35,459 nt of DNA. Origin: Candidatus Parcubacteria bacterium. Its GTDB lineage: Bacteria; Patescibacteriota; Minisyncoccia; Phycocordibacterales; UBA918. Below, piece after piece: positions 1 to 9,450 of this stretch. The stretch lies in the NCBI GenBank assembly GCA_041173745.1, contig JBEDID010000003.1, forward strand, positions 1 through 35,459, in the 5' to 3' direction. The translations under genes were made by a program, and so were the position numbers. The notes beneath the pieces are model-generated. The model made no database searches. It had not been told where the DNA came from and saw nothing but the letters and a program-made list of their open reading frames with translations. Position 1 is the stretch's first letter. Each line of letters opens with the position of its first letter.

Positions 1-535
1 TCTTTATACCGACTGGTTTATAACTACTGGTATTGTCAAAATATCTGAGACAAATATCTTCTACTCTTGTTTTAAAATCATCACCCTTCAAAGTCGGCTC
101 ATCATAAGCAAGTTTGGCCCCAATCGCTTCTTTCTGTCTAGCTCGTTCGTCTGTAGTAATCCAAAAGAAGTTATGATTCTTTTCTATATAATTCTCCAAT
201 ACTTCACATTGTTTAAAATATTGATTTAATTGATCATATTCATCATTATTCATCTTTTTGATAAACAGGTGAGAATATTTTTGCCAACCTTTATATGGCA
301 AAACTTTAATAAGATCATCACATTCAACATTTTGTCGACTCACTTCTTTAAAATATTCAATAACTTTTTCCGACTCCCTAATTTCAAGAACTAAAATCCT
401 CGCAGCATTTTGCAAAATATCATCTTTTGATTTTTCATATAAATGATAAGCAACCCAAGCAGTGACAATTGTTGTCAATGCAGCAGTCTGGGACAACAAT
501 ACTGTCACCCAATTTATTTCAATAAGATCAAACAT
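1..535 (-). CDS. Hypothetical protein with N-terminal hydrophobic helix, partial (runs off the left edge)
   Basis: Translated by hand because it is absent from the ORF track: ATG at 535, MFDLIEINWVTVLLSQTAALTTIVTAWVAYHLYEKSKDDILQNAARILVLEIRESEK..., open for 178 codons to the edge. TGG-TACAAT lies 6 nt upstream of the ATG. Confidence 0.75.
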   Translation of the reverse strand, partial: MFDLIEINWVTVLLSQTAALTTIVTAWVAYHLYEKSKDDILQNAARILVLEIRESEKVIEYFKEVSRQNVECDDLIKVLPYKGWQKYSHLFIKKMNNDEYDQLNQYFKQCEVLENYIEKNHNFFWITTDERARQKEAIGAKLAYDEPTLKGDDFKTRVEDICLRYFDNTSSYKPVGIK

Positions 536-571
536 ATGGCGATTGTACCATTTGAGATTAGTTAGAACAAT

Positions 572-604
572 AAAAATCTCCCTAGGAAACCTAGGGAGTT
601 TTTT
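572..604. terminator. Intrinsic terminator after typA (possibly bidirectional)
   Basis: CTCCCTAGG-AAA-CCTAGGGAG hairpin (578-598) flanked by A and T tracts. Confidence 0.8.
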
Positions 605-616
605 ATTTAAATTGTT

Positions 617-2401
617 TTACTTACTCTTTCTTCGGTCGCTTTCTGTTAGGCCTTGTTTTCGTAATCGAATTGATTTAGGACAAACTTCTAGGTATTCGTC
701 TTCTTGCATGATTTCGAGGCCAATTTCGATTGAAATAGCTCGGTGTGGTACTAGAGTGACAGCGTCATCACTACCAGACGCACGCATGTTGGTAAGCTGC
801 TTGCCTTTAGTTGGGTTTACAGTCATTTCTTCGCCCTTACTTGTGTTACCAATCACCATTCCTTCGTAAACTTCTGTTCCAGCGCCGATGTATAGTTCTC
901 CACGATCTTGCAAACTAAATAGTGCAAAAGCGAGCGCTTTACCACTAGACATTGAAATCATTGAGCCAGTTTGACGCTTCTTGATTTCGCCTGCGTACTT
1001 ACGGAATTCGATGAAACGTGAAGCTAGGATTCCTTCACCTTTAGTATCAATCACAAACTGGTTTTTGTAACCCAGAAGACCGCGTGTTGGCCCCTCAAAG
1101 AGTAGCCGTACTTGGTTTTCGTGCATAATCATGTTTTGCATGATAAAGCCACGATTTGATAGACGCTCGATTACAGAACCTTGGAATTCACTAGGAACAT
1201 CAACTGTTACCTCTTCAAATGGTTCTGACTTTACGCCTTCAATTTCCTTAATAATTACTTTCGGTTGAGAAACTGAGAGCTCGTAACCTTCTCGGCGCAT
1301 GTTTTCAAGCAGAATAGCGATGTGCATTTCTCCTCGTCCTCGTACGTCATAAGCATCACCACCGGCTGACTCAACTTGTAAACCAACGTTGATTTCCATT
1401 TCCTTTTCCAATCGGTCACCAATCTGACGTGAAGTTACATACTTTCCTTCTCGACCAGCAAATGGTGAAGAGTTAACTAAGAACTGAAGTGCTACTGTAG
1501 GCTCATCAATTGAAATAGCGGGCAAAAGCTCTGCGGCTTCATCGGTAGTGATAGTTTCACCAATATTGATATCTGCTAGACCGGCAATCAGAACGATGTC
1601 ACCAGCAAAAGCATCTTCATGTTCAACCTGACGCACACCAACGTAACCAGAAAGTTTTACAATCTTTCCTTTACGAGTTGGTTCACCTTCAGATTTAATA
1701 AAAACTTGTTGACCTTTAGTGATTTTTCCGTCGTAGATACGAGCAACTGCAAGACGTCCGAGGAAGTTGTCGTAACCAAGGTTGAAAACCTGAGCGCGCA
1801 ACGCTTCGCCTTCCACATACTCCTTAGCTGGTGGAACATGTTCCAATACAACATCTAGTACTGGTGAAAGGTCAACCATTTCATCTCCCAGCTTGCGCTT
1901 AGCTAGCTTGTCCCGTCCTACTGCGTAAACAACTGGAAAGTTTGACTGCTCATCGGTAGCGCCTAGTTCTAGGAAAAGTTCCAAAACCAATTCCTCACAA
2001 TGATCAGGGTCAGCTGCTGGCTTATCAATCTTGTTGATAACCACAATTGGCTTAAGACCGAGTTCGAGTGACTTTTTGAGTACAAAGCGAGTTTGTGGCA
2101 TTGGACCCTCTTGGGCGTCTACCACCAAAAGCACACAGTCGATAGAACGAAGCACGCGCTCTACTTCTGAACCGAAGTCCGCGTGGCCTGGAGTGTCAAC
2201 AATATTTATTTTAGTACCTTTATATTCCACCGAAGTGTTTTTGGCATAAATTGTAATACCGCGTTCTTGTTCGAGCGCGTTGTTATCCATTGATTCGTTA
2301 CCCTCGCGAGAACCAGTGAATTCCATCAAGCCATCGGTCAAGGTAGTCTTGCCGTGGTCTACGTGAGCAATAATAGCGATGTTGCGAATTTCTTGTGACA
2401 T
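617..2401 (-). CDS. typA: Translational GTPase TypA/BipA
   Basis: [52 protein letters not shown] and C-terminal [11 protein letters not shown] motifs; 594 aa. Confidence 0.97.
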   Translation of the reverse strand: MSQEIRNIAIIAHVDHGKTTLTDGLMEFTGSREGNESMDNNALEQERGITIYAKNTSVEYKGTKINIVDTPGHADFGSEVERVLRSIDCVLLVVDAQEGPMPQTRFVLKKSLELGLKPIVVINKIDKPAADPDHCEELVLELFLELGATDEQSNFPVVYAVGRDKLAKRKLGDEMVDLSPVLDVVLEHVPPAKEYVEGEALRAQVFNLGYDNFLGRLAVARIYDGKITKGQQVFIKSEGEPTRKGKIVKLSGYVGVRQVEHEDAFAGDIVLIAGLADINIGETITTDEAAELLPAISIDEPTVALQFLVNSSPFAGREGKYVTSRQIGDRLEKEMEINVGLQVESAGGDAYDVRGRGEMHIAILLENMRREGYELSVSQPKVIIKEIEGVKSEPFEEVTVDVPSEFQGSVIERLSNRGFIMQNMIMHENQVRLLFEGPTRGLLGYKNQFVIDTKGEGILASRFIEFRKYAGEIKKRQTGSMISMSSGKALAFALFSLQDRGELYIGAGTEVYEGMVIGNTSKGEEMTVNPTKGKQLTNMRASGSDDAVTLVPHRAISIEIGLEIMQEDEYLEVCPKSIRLRKQGLTESDRRKSK

Positions 2402-2546
2402 AAATAAAATACTAAAATAATAAGGTTGGGCGTTTGAGTAAAGTTTAGAAAGGTGCGCCAGCGGAGCAGACGCACCTACGAACTTACGACCTAGTTTTAT
2501 AAGAGGCGACAGCCGGTTATTAAAACGGAAGTACTCTTGTGGTGAT

Positions 2547-2575
2547 AGAATACTGACTTTTTTCGGTTTTGTCTA
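2547..2575 (-). promoter_or_regulatory. Putative sigma70 promoter for typA
   Basis: TAGACA-N17-TATTCT on the minus strand, about 145 nt upstream of the ATG. Confidence 0.45.
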
Positions 2576-2645
2576 CATCTCCCCGAGAAAAGCGAGGTTT
2601 GCGAAGTATGCAAAGGCTAATCCCGCTATGACAATAACGATGAAT

Positions 2646-3302
2646 TTAAGCATATTTTAACGCTTTGCGATAGCGATGAACTCTGAAAAAGCCATACAAC
2701 AATAAGAGAATCCCGATTGGATAATACACATATGATGACAGCAACATCGACAAGAACGACAAACCAAAGAATTTTTGCATGGTTCGAACCTGTCCAAGCG
2801 TGGCAAAATAACCATCAGTTTCAGCATTATCACCCAATGTTAATACATAATGCCCTTGATTAACCGCAGTACTAACTTCTACTCGATACGTTCCCGGCTG
2901 AATTTCACGACTAGCAACAGAACTCTCCCAGAAGCTCATACCAAAAACAGAATCTTTGCGCACTGACCAATCTTCAGTCTTTGGATTGATTCTAGCCACT
3001 TCGGTCACTCCCCCGTCTTCATCATTTTGTCTCACTATAATTAACGAAAGCGGTAATGGCACAGCGTCACTTTCGTAACGTTGTGCTAACTGAGTAATTA
3101 ATGTCGTGGTGGTGGCAGCAGTAAGCTCATACATAATCGGGAAATTATCTAGAGTACCGAGCAAAACATGTTTCTGCGAGATTTCACCAGCAATCGGAAC
3201 TATTTCATAAGGAACAGCAATCGTCGCCACTGAAAATTCATAGGCTTGCACAAGTGAAAAATTAGCAAAAAAACCTAAAAACACCGCAAAAATAAATTTC
3301 AT
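2646..3302 (-). CDS. Hypothetical exported protein with C-terminal membrane anchor
   Basis: Start moved to ATG 3302 (MKFIFAVFLGFFANFSLVQA, signal peptide-like) directly after TGC-TATGAT; hydrophobic C-terminus. Confidence 0.7.
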   Translation of the reverse strand: MKFIFAVFLGFFANFSLVQAYEFSVATIAVPYEIVPIAGEISQKHVLLGTLDNFPIMYELTAATTTTLITQLAQRYESDAVPLPLSLIIVRQNDEDGGVTEVARINPKTEDWSVRKDSVFGMSFWESSVASREIQPGTYRVEVSTAVNQGHYVLTLGDNAETDGYFATLGQVRTMQKFFGLSFLSMLLSSYVYYPIGILLLLYGFFRVHRYRKALKYA

Positions 3303-3319
3303 AGCAGTATCATAGCAAA

Positions 3320-3351
3320 AACAGCGCGTTGCCGTAAGGCACCGCACTGTT
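3320..3351 (-). terminator. Putative intrinsic terminator
   Basis: Imperfect stem AACAG..TGCC-GTAA-GGCA..CTGTT followed by a T tract on the minus strand. Confidence 0.55.
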
Positions 3352-3372
3352 TAAGAAAATTAATAAAGTATG

Positions 3373-3984
3373 CTATCTACCCATCATGTGGTGTTGAGGA
3401 TAAAGATCAACTCCGGCTTCATCAAGAATAGCCTGCATGGTACTTCGGTCGTTGGCCTGACGAGCGACTGAAAGCGCTTCTCGTTGATCATCGGTCAAGC
3501 TTTCTAGAAAGTAAGTGCGATGCATTCCCCCTCCGAACATGTTTCGGTGTCCTTCAACCCCAAGTTCATCCATAATTTCCTCTGCTTGCTCGATTTCACC
3601 AGACTGACGGAGGTCGTGAGCTTCTTTGAACTGCTTAAAGTCCTCTGGAGAAGTGATTATGTCAGCCAACGGTGAATCAGCTATTGCCAATTTGAAGGCT
3701 TCATAGTCATTGTTCTTAAGAGCCTCATTAATGGCATTTTTAGCCTCTGACGCCACTCGGTGGACCGAAAGTAAAGTATCCTCTGTAATTCCAGCCTTCA
3801 CGAGCTTGTCGCGCGCGGCAGTATAATCGCCTGACGCCCTCAAACCTCGCGCCTCTTCCATCGCAGTGACTTGATCCTCACTGAGACCAGCTCGGTCTAA
3901 TAATTTAGTACCACTATAAGCGTGCACTCCGGTTGCTGTTACTGCAAATGCTGCTATAGCAATTAGTAATGATTTTGAATACAT
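3373..3984 (-). CDS. Hypothetical secreted helical protein with LTxxQ-like motifs
   Basis: Signal peptide (..ATGVHA); internally similar helices LSEDQVTAM and LTDDQREAL. Confidence 0.65.
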   Translation of the reverse strand: MYSKSLLIAIAAFAVTATGVHAYSGTKLLDRAGLSEDQVTAMEEARGLRASGDYTAARDKLVKAGITEDTLLSVHRVASEAKNAINEALKNNDYEAFKLAIADSPLADIITSPEDFKQFKEAHDLRQSGEIEQAEEIMDELGVEGHRNMFGGGMHRTYFLESLTDDQREALSVARQANDRSTMQAILDEAGVDLYPQHHMMGR

Positions 3985-4025
3985 AGTAAAAATAATTTAA
4001 TTTTCTTTCGAGTCTAAAATAAGAT

Positions 4026-4056
4026 TAAGGGCAGAAGCGTTTCGCTCCTGCCCTTA
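4026..4056 (-). terminator. Putative intrinsic terminator
   Basis: TAAGGGCAG-x-AGCG-loop-CGCT-x-CTGCCCTTA hairpin with a T-rich tail on the minus strand. Confidence 0.65.
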
Positions 4057-4142
4057 CTAATACGGATAAGTAACCGCATCATTTCACAAAATCATAGTCG
4101 AGGACAAATAAATTGGCTGACAAGAATGTACGCAAGTACTTT

Positions 4143-4658
4143 TTAATTATTTCCACTGGTTTCAAAATGGTCCCATATTTCACCCAAAGTAGTCCACAAA
4201 GCACCATTGTCGTCAACCGTGGTACCACAAGAATCGATATTGTATTCAACTCCATCAAGGGTAATTTTGTACTTTACATCAATACCATCTGAAAACGAAT
4301 TACAAACGGAAGGTTCAATTTTATTAGACTGTTTAGCCAGAGCAACCGGTGTTACAGCGGCACGCAGTTTACGCAGTAGTAGCGACGGTAGAGACCCTTG
4401 TCGAAGCACAGATTCGGCTCCAGCGGCGGGTGTTCGATAATAACGATATGAACCATCACTTAAGACCTGAAACGACGGGCAAGCATCGCGACAGCCACCG
4501 TATACATCGCCCACGATGGTGAATTCAGATAATTTTTCCTCAACTGGAACTTGAGTTTTTTTATCCACCTCCGCGCCGCCAGTTACGTACAGAAAAACTC
4601 CCACAAAAAAACCAAATAGAAAAGTAATTAAGACACTCAATAAATCTTGCTTCTTCAT
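4143..4658 (-). CDS. Membrane-anchored extracytoplasmic protein (CxxxCP motif, DUF6438-like)
   Basis: Start moved to ATG 4658 after TATACT; N-terminal TM helix; GGCRDACPSFQVLSDGSYRY; four Cys. Confidence 0.6.
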   Translation of the reverse strand: MKKQDLLSVLITFLFGFFVGVFLYVTGGAEVDKKTQVPVEEKLSEFTIVGDVYGGCRDACPSFQVLSDGSYRYYRTPAAGAESVLRQGSLPSLLLRKLRAAVTPVALAKQSNKIEPSVCNSFSDGIDVKYKITLDGVEYNIDSCGTTVDDNGALWTTLGEIWDHFETSGNN

Positions 4659-4686
4659 ATTTAATAGTATACGGCAAAACCAAAAC

Positions 4687-5793
4687 TTAGCGATTAAATC
4701 TATCTTCAATATCCTCAACTAAGTGCAGAACGTGGAGCAAGGGCAAACAAATACTTTCAAGATAAGACTTAATTTCATCGGGACTAATATTAGCTACTGT
4801 CGCATCAAAACGTAAGCGATTATCAGGAAACAGCATATACATGCGATTATCGACAAAGGACAGACGGACGTGATCTTTTTTATCTAGCCACCAACCGTAT
4901 AAATCACTCATAAAATCTGGTGTTAAAATATACCTGGCTTCGGTTGGATTATCTGACATTACGCGCAACAGGTTTTCAAAGTCGTTCCACTCTAGTTTTG
5001 TTTCTTCCACTCCGCGGTCAAGCAATGAATTTATAAACGATTGATGCCCGAAACCATTATTATCACCTTCAGATGAAACAAAGGTCTTGCCACTTAAAGG
5101 TTTTAAAAGTTCAAAGGCCACAAAATAGCCTGTAAAAATTCGCTTGGTGTGACGATTTTTTCCACTACCAGTAACATGTTTGGCATCGAGCTCTGACACC
5201 AACAATACCCTTCCCTCAATATCAATTTGAAAAATATTATCAACTACAACCATATTTCTAGGTTCGGTAATTAACTCAGAATGGTCAAGTAATTCTATAA
5301 CCTGATTATATTGAGGAACAACGGGAAACTTCATTATTGAAAACAAAGTCCACCATAGTCGCCAAGGTGATTTATTTATTATTTCATCAACTTTTAATTC
5401 CCGCTCTTCAGTTTTTTTAGCCAAAGTAGCTGCCAATGAAAAAATCTGAAATACAATAGGGTAAAGTGCGTTATTAAAAGCAATATTAAATGCTTCAATT
5501 GCCTGTTTAGTGCCTGCAATCTTATACAAACCAGCTATTACAAAAGCAAAACTGCTACTCAGCAGAACAAATTGAATCCAAGGATTAATGAGCTCAAGCA
5601 CAGCAAATACAGTCCATATAACGATTCCTGTTCCAATTAAAGTTATTCCCCAGATACGTTGTCTGGATTTTTTGATATAGTCAACTTCCAAATCTCCAAC
5701 TGAGTCTTTGATAGTTTTAGTAAAACTATCAATCTGTTCAGCAATAAAAAACTTGAGCGCTTCTTCATTGGGAAATTGTTGCTTAATATTCAT
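4687..5793 (-). CDS. DUF3137-like membrane protein
   Basis: Two N-terminal TM helices; TGSGKNRHTKRIFTG, KLEWNDFE and EARYILTPDFM motifs typical of DUF3137. Confidence 0.7.
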   Translation of the reverse strand: MNIKQQFPNEEALKFFIAEQIDSFTKTIKDSVGDLEVDYIKKSRQRIWGITLIGTGIVIWTVFAVLELINPWIQFVLLSSSFAFVIAGLYKIAGTKQAIEAFNIAFNNALYPIVFQIFSLAATLAKKTEERELKVDEIINKSPWRLWWTLFSIMKFPVVPQYNQVIELLDHSELITEPRNMVVVDNIFQIDIEGRVLLVSELDAKHVTGSGKNRHTKRIFTGYFVAFELLKPLSGKTFVSSEGDNNGFGHQSFINSLLDRGVEETKLEWNDFENLLRVMSDNPTEARYILTPDFMSDLYGWWLDKKDHVRLSFVDNRMYMLFPDNRLRFDATVANISPDEIKSYLESICLPLLHVLHLVEDIEDRFNR

Positions 5794-5913
5794 ACCGATT
5801 ATTTACAGACCTTTAAAATATTTAAAAACTGATTTTGCATGCTCATAGTATAGCGTACAACTAACATAAGTTATTCCACCCTTCCCTCACCTCGATTAAG
5901 ATCTGGCATAAAA

Positions 5914-5940
5914 TCAGCCCGAGATATTGTCTCGGGCTGA
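5914..5940 (-). terminator. Intrinsic terminator of the pyrD-like gene
   Basis: TCAGCCCGAGA-N5-TCTCGGGCTGA followed by TTTTAT on the minus strand. Confidence 0.8.
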
Positions 5941-5954
5941 ATAGAGAGCCACAA

Positions 5955-6884
5955 TTAGTGGCCTGATCTTATCAACATACTACCCTTCGCTCTCTCGATG
6001 GTGGTATTTTTTTGTTTAAGAACCGTTTCAAACTCAACTGCTAGCCGGTGCAAACAAGACAAACCTTCACTTTCTAATAAAGAACCAACTTCTACAACAT
6101 CGGCGCCGGCAATCATTAGATTGTAAACATCCTTACCTGATTGTACGCCTCCTGCACCAATAATTGACACCCCTGTACCGCGCAATAATTTATGATAATT
6201 ACACACCTCATGTAAAATGTAATATCGAACGCAAGCACTATCGACACTATTTTGTAAACTGTCATAATGAAATATTGATGCCTCTGTTTCAACGTCAATA
6301 TCTAATCCCAATATGCTACTTGAACAAGTTACAAATTTTACCTTATGTTTTAAGAGCAATTTGACTACTTGTCTTTGTAATTCAACATTTCCGTAATAAG
6401 GCAATTTGACGCCGATAGGCTTATTTCCAATATTTGATATTTCAGACAGCAATTTATCTAAAGCTGGTAAATCGCAAGCGATTGGCTTACGGAAAAATCG
6501 ACTTTGGCAAGTAACATTAATCTCAATCAAACTTACAGGACTTGCCTGAAACGCAGACATTAGAGCCAGACATTCGTCTGAATTATTACCGGATATATTT
6601 GCTTTGATCACCAGACCTGTATGATAATGAGTGTTAATCCATCGAATCGTTTCCAGAATGCCCATGTTAGGTAAACCGGCAGTTTGAATCGAACCGTACA
6701 AAAGAGTTGCCTGACATGGCTCAGGATTACTCAAACGGGGCTTAATTGTTGTTGATTTTAACGTTATGAAACTGGTTACAGCCATTAATTCATTCAATTG
6801 TTCGGAAGTCGTATCAAAGACTCCTGATGCATTTCCTATATATGTTGGAATTGTAATACCTGCGATTTTAGTCGCGCTAGTCAT
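5955..6884 (-). CDS. pyrD: Divergent dihydroorotate dehydrogenase class 1A-like FMN protein
   Basis: NASG, KSTT..PR..NPEP, GLPNMG, EINVTC, GVKLP, GAGGV.SG.D and AGA..V.VGS motifs; likely start MTSATK at 6884. Confidence 0.75.
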   Translation of the reverse strand: MTSATKIAGITIPTYIGNASGVFDTTSEQLNELMAVTSFITLKSTTIKPRLSNPEPCQATLLYGSIQTAGLPNMGILETIRWINTHYHTGLVIKANISGNNSDECLALMSAFQASPVSLIEINVTCQSRFFRKPIACDLPALDKLLSEISNIGNKPIGVKLPYYGNVELQRQVVKLLLKHKVKFVTCSSSILGLDIDVETEASIFHYDSLQNSVDSACVRYYILHEVCNYHKLLRGTGVSIIGAGGVQSGKDVYNLMIAGADVVEVGSLLESEGLSCLHRLAVEFETVLKQKNTTIERAKGSMLIRSGH

Positions 6885-7027
6885 AAATAACTGTCCTATA
6901 GTAAATATTGTTTTGTAGAAAAAACCTCTCCTTAAAGACTCTATCACAAAAAGAATTACAGTAAAATATTAACAATTGAATATAAACAAAAAACCACTGA
7001 TTTTTCAGCGATTTTTAACTTATTTTA

Positions 7028-7244
7028 CAAATCCGTACAAACGCATCCCCGATGCGTTTTCTCGTCCTTACTTCGTTTCACTCGTTGCGGAAGAGACAGG
7101 ATTTGAACTCTACGAGTTCAGTACAGGTTGTCGCTATTTTTTCAAAATAGCTGGCAACCTCTTCAAATCCGTACAAACGCATCCCCGATGCGTTTTCTCG
7201 TCCTTACTTCGTTTCACTCGTTGCGGAAGAGACAGGATTTGAAC
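7028..7244. repeat. 81-bp perfect direct repeat (7028-7108 and 7164-7244, period 136) including the last 21 nt of tRNA-Ser
   Basis: CAAATCCGTACAAACGCATCCCCGATGCGTTTTCTCG...GCGGAAGAGACAGGATTTGAAC occurs twice. Confidence 0.95.
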
Positions 7245-7308
7245 CTGCGAGAGCTTTCACTCAACACGCTTTCCAAGCGTGCGCCATAAACCACTCGGCC
7301 ACTCTTCC
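7224..7308 (-). tRNA. tRNA-Ser (GGA)
   Basis: GGAAGAG/CTCTTCC acceptor stem, D arm GCCGAGTGGTTTATGGC, anticodon loop TTGGAAA, long variable arm, T loop TTCAAAT; CCA not encoded (followed by CAA). Confidence 0.96.
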
Positions 7309-7442
7309 TTATTGTCAGCGCTTAGGCGACGACGGATTTTAATTTGTCTTCAATAACAGCTTTATTAAAACCAAAACTTAAGAACGACCTATCATATCAT
7401 AAGTCAGAGCCTCTATCACTTAGAGCCTTGCCGACTAAAAGT

Positions 7443-8030
7443 TTACCAAACTTCAGAGACTGTTAGTTTACAATTTACATCCACCCAAGCACTATTGAAC
7501 TCACTCAACTCATGTCGCACTCCCTGATAAATATAATAATCTCTAGCTGGCACATTACACTCATCTGGCGACACATCATATGCACAAGGCTCACTATTAC
7601 GAATCAATTCATCGGGACAAACTTCTCCCAATGATTGATTTTTAGTTACTGGAGCGGTAGCGGGAGCGGAATTGGGAATTGTCCCTGGATAAACCTCAAT
7701 AAAACCTTTTGGTAGAGAATTGTCTGTAGTGGTCGCATCTTCAGCATTAGAATCAGGTACTTGAACAGGCGAAACTGCTGAGGATTCAGGTACAAACTGT
7801 TCAGTATTTTCTGTTTTTGACTCGATATAAACTTCATCATGAAGTGAACTTTCTGCCCATTGTGCACCCAACCAAAAACCTAGAAATGGCAAAACAATAA
7901 ATACCACCATCGCTAAATATTTTGAGAGCGGAGTTACTGTAGACAATCTCAAAGATAAAGCACTTGGCTTAGGTAACACTTCCATAGACTCAACATTTAA
8001 AATGTTTTCGTCTGATATTTCGGTTTTCAT
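7443..8030 (-). CDS. Single-pass membrane protein with low-complexity linker and Cys-containing C-terminal domain
   Basis: VTPLSKYLAMVVFIVLPFLGFWLG TM segment; four C-terminal Cys; TATAAT 6 nt before the ATG. Confidence 0.7.
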   Translation of the reverse strand: MKTEISDENILNVESMEVLPKPSALSLRLSTVTPLSKYLAMVVFIVLPFLGFWLGAQWAESSLHDEVYIESKTENTEQFVPESSAVSPVQVPDSNAEDATTTDNSLPKGFIEVYPGTIPNSAPATAPVTKNQSLGEVCPDELIRNSEPCAYDVSPDECNVPARDYYIYQGVRHELSEFNSAWVDVNCKLTVSEVW

Positions 8031-8082
8031 CTTTAGATTATACTATAATCAAAATTCTTTATTTACTTTATACCAACTTATT

Positions 8083-8979
8083 TTATATATCCATTCCTCT
8101 TAAAATCCGAATTCTATCAGCGGCGGGCGGATGGGTAGCAAATAAACCGCTGATTTTTTCCATCATGCCTTTTTTTTCAGATTTAAAAGGGTCGGAGATA
8201 AATAAATGAGCGGTAGCGTGAGACATCTTCCGCATTGGAACACCGCTTTGACTAATTTTTTCTAGAGCCGAAGCTAATCCTTCTGGGTAACGCGTCAGTA
8301 ATGCTCCGGTTGCATCCGCTAGATACTCGCGCTTCCGTGAAATCGCCAACTGCATCATTTTGGCTGCTATCGGCGCCAAAATAATTCCAATTATACCAAC
8401 AATCAAAAAGACCGGACTACGATCGCGGTCGCGATCGCCACCAAACATTAGTGAACGACTGAAGAAATCAGCCAAAATTGCAATAAAGCCAGCCAACACC
8501 ACAGCCACTGTCATGACTAACATGTCTCGGTTACCAACGTGCGATAGTTCATGAGCCACGACTCCTTCCAACTCTGTACGGTCAAGAATCTGTAATAAAC
8601 CAGTAGTCACGGCCACTACGGCATGTTCAGGGTCACGTCCGGTTGCAAAAGCATTTGGTGAAGGGTCTTCAACAATATACACCTTAGGCATCGGAAGACC
8701 CGCTGTAATCGATAGGTTTTCTACTATATTATAGAGGTCAGGCGCTTGCTCTTTAGCTATCTGACGGGCACCGGTCATACTGATAACGACTTTGTCGGAG
8801 TACCAATAACTACCAATACTACTCGCCATCGCAAATACGGCTCCAATATAAAGTATCGCGGGGTTATTTAGATACCATGATACGTAGTAACAAATAGCAA
8901 TCACAAACATCATAAAAGTACCCATCAAGATGAAGGTTTTTGTGACGTTATTTGATTGTTGAGTATAAAGTGTAGCCAT
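8083..8979 (-). CDS. htpX: Zinc metalloprotease HtpX (M48)
   Basis: PNAFATGR, HELSH, SRKREYLAD and LFATHPP motifs. Confidence 0.95.
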   Translation of the reverse strand: MATLYTQQSNNVTKTFILMGTFMMFVIAICYYVSWYLNNPAILYIGAVFAMASSIGSYWYSDKVVISMTGARQIAKEQAPDLYNIVENLSITAGLPMPKVYIVEDPSPNAFATGRDPEHAVVAVTTGLLQILDRTELEGVVAHELSHVGNRDMLVMTVAVVLAGFIAILADFFSRSLMFGGDRDRDRSPVFLIVGIIGIILAPIAAKMMQLAISRKREYLADATGALLTRYPEGLASALEKISQSGVPMRKMSHATAHLFISDPFKSEKKGMMEKISGLFATHPPAADRIRILRGMDI

Positions 8980-9021
8980 GAAATTAAAGCAAGCCAGTAG
9001 ACTTGAATTTTATATTACGAA

Positions 9022-9405
9022 TTATAGAGGAATTCCTTGCACGCTCTCGTTAGAACGATAATCGACATCATCCGACCAACGTAAGTAATAACCTTTTTTA
9101 TAACCGCCTTTAGTAATAAGATTATTCCGACGTGCTTCTATTAATTCCTCTTTAGGAATTTCTAACTGGCGAATTAATGTCTCAATTACCACCATTAAAT
9201 CACTATACTCCTCAAGAAACATTTCTTTTGAACGACACATAGACAAAGAAGCGGCTTCTTCTTGAATCTTTTTGAATAACTCTTGTTGTAACTCCTGCAC
9301 ATCGACGATATTCCGCACCTCGCACTTTTTATGCTTAGCCTCAATTTTACCCGGTACGTTATCTCGCACCAGTTTGTTGTAATAGATCCGATTAATTTCT
9401 GACAT
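9022..9405 (-). CDS. MazG-like all-alpha NTP pyrophosphohydrolase (KLVRD family)
   Basis: YNKLVRD, KIQEE, EEYSD and KGGY motifs. Confidence 0.7.
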   Translation of the reverse strand: MSEINRIYYNKLVRDNVPGKIEAKHKKCEVRNIVDVQELQQELFKKIQEEAASLSMCRSKEMFLEEYSDLMVVIETLIRQLEIPKEELIEARRNNLITKGGYKKGYYLRWSDDVDYRSNESVQGIPL

Positions 9406-9450
9406 AGTGAGATAAGTATAGCAAATAATTTAAGAATCCTAGCATCACTT

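Noticed and set aside
4143-7027. Prophage or integrative element inserted at tRNA-Ser
   Set aside because: No integrase or phage genes, and no further copy of the tRNA 3' end was seen at lower coordinates
7088-7170. Second tRNA or intron-containing tRNA
   Set aside because: Only the last 21 nt match; there is no 5' acceptor strand, D arm or anticodon arm
6976-7242. 88-aa plus-strand ORF
   Set aside because: Antisense to the tRNA and its repeat; no protein features
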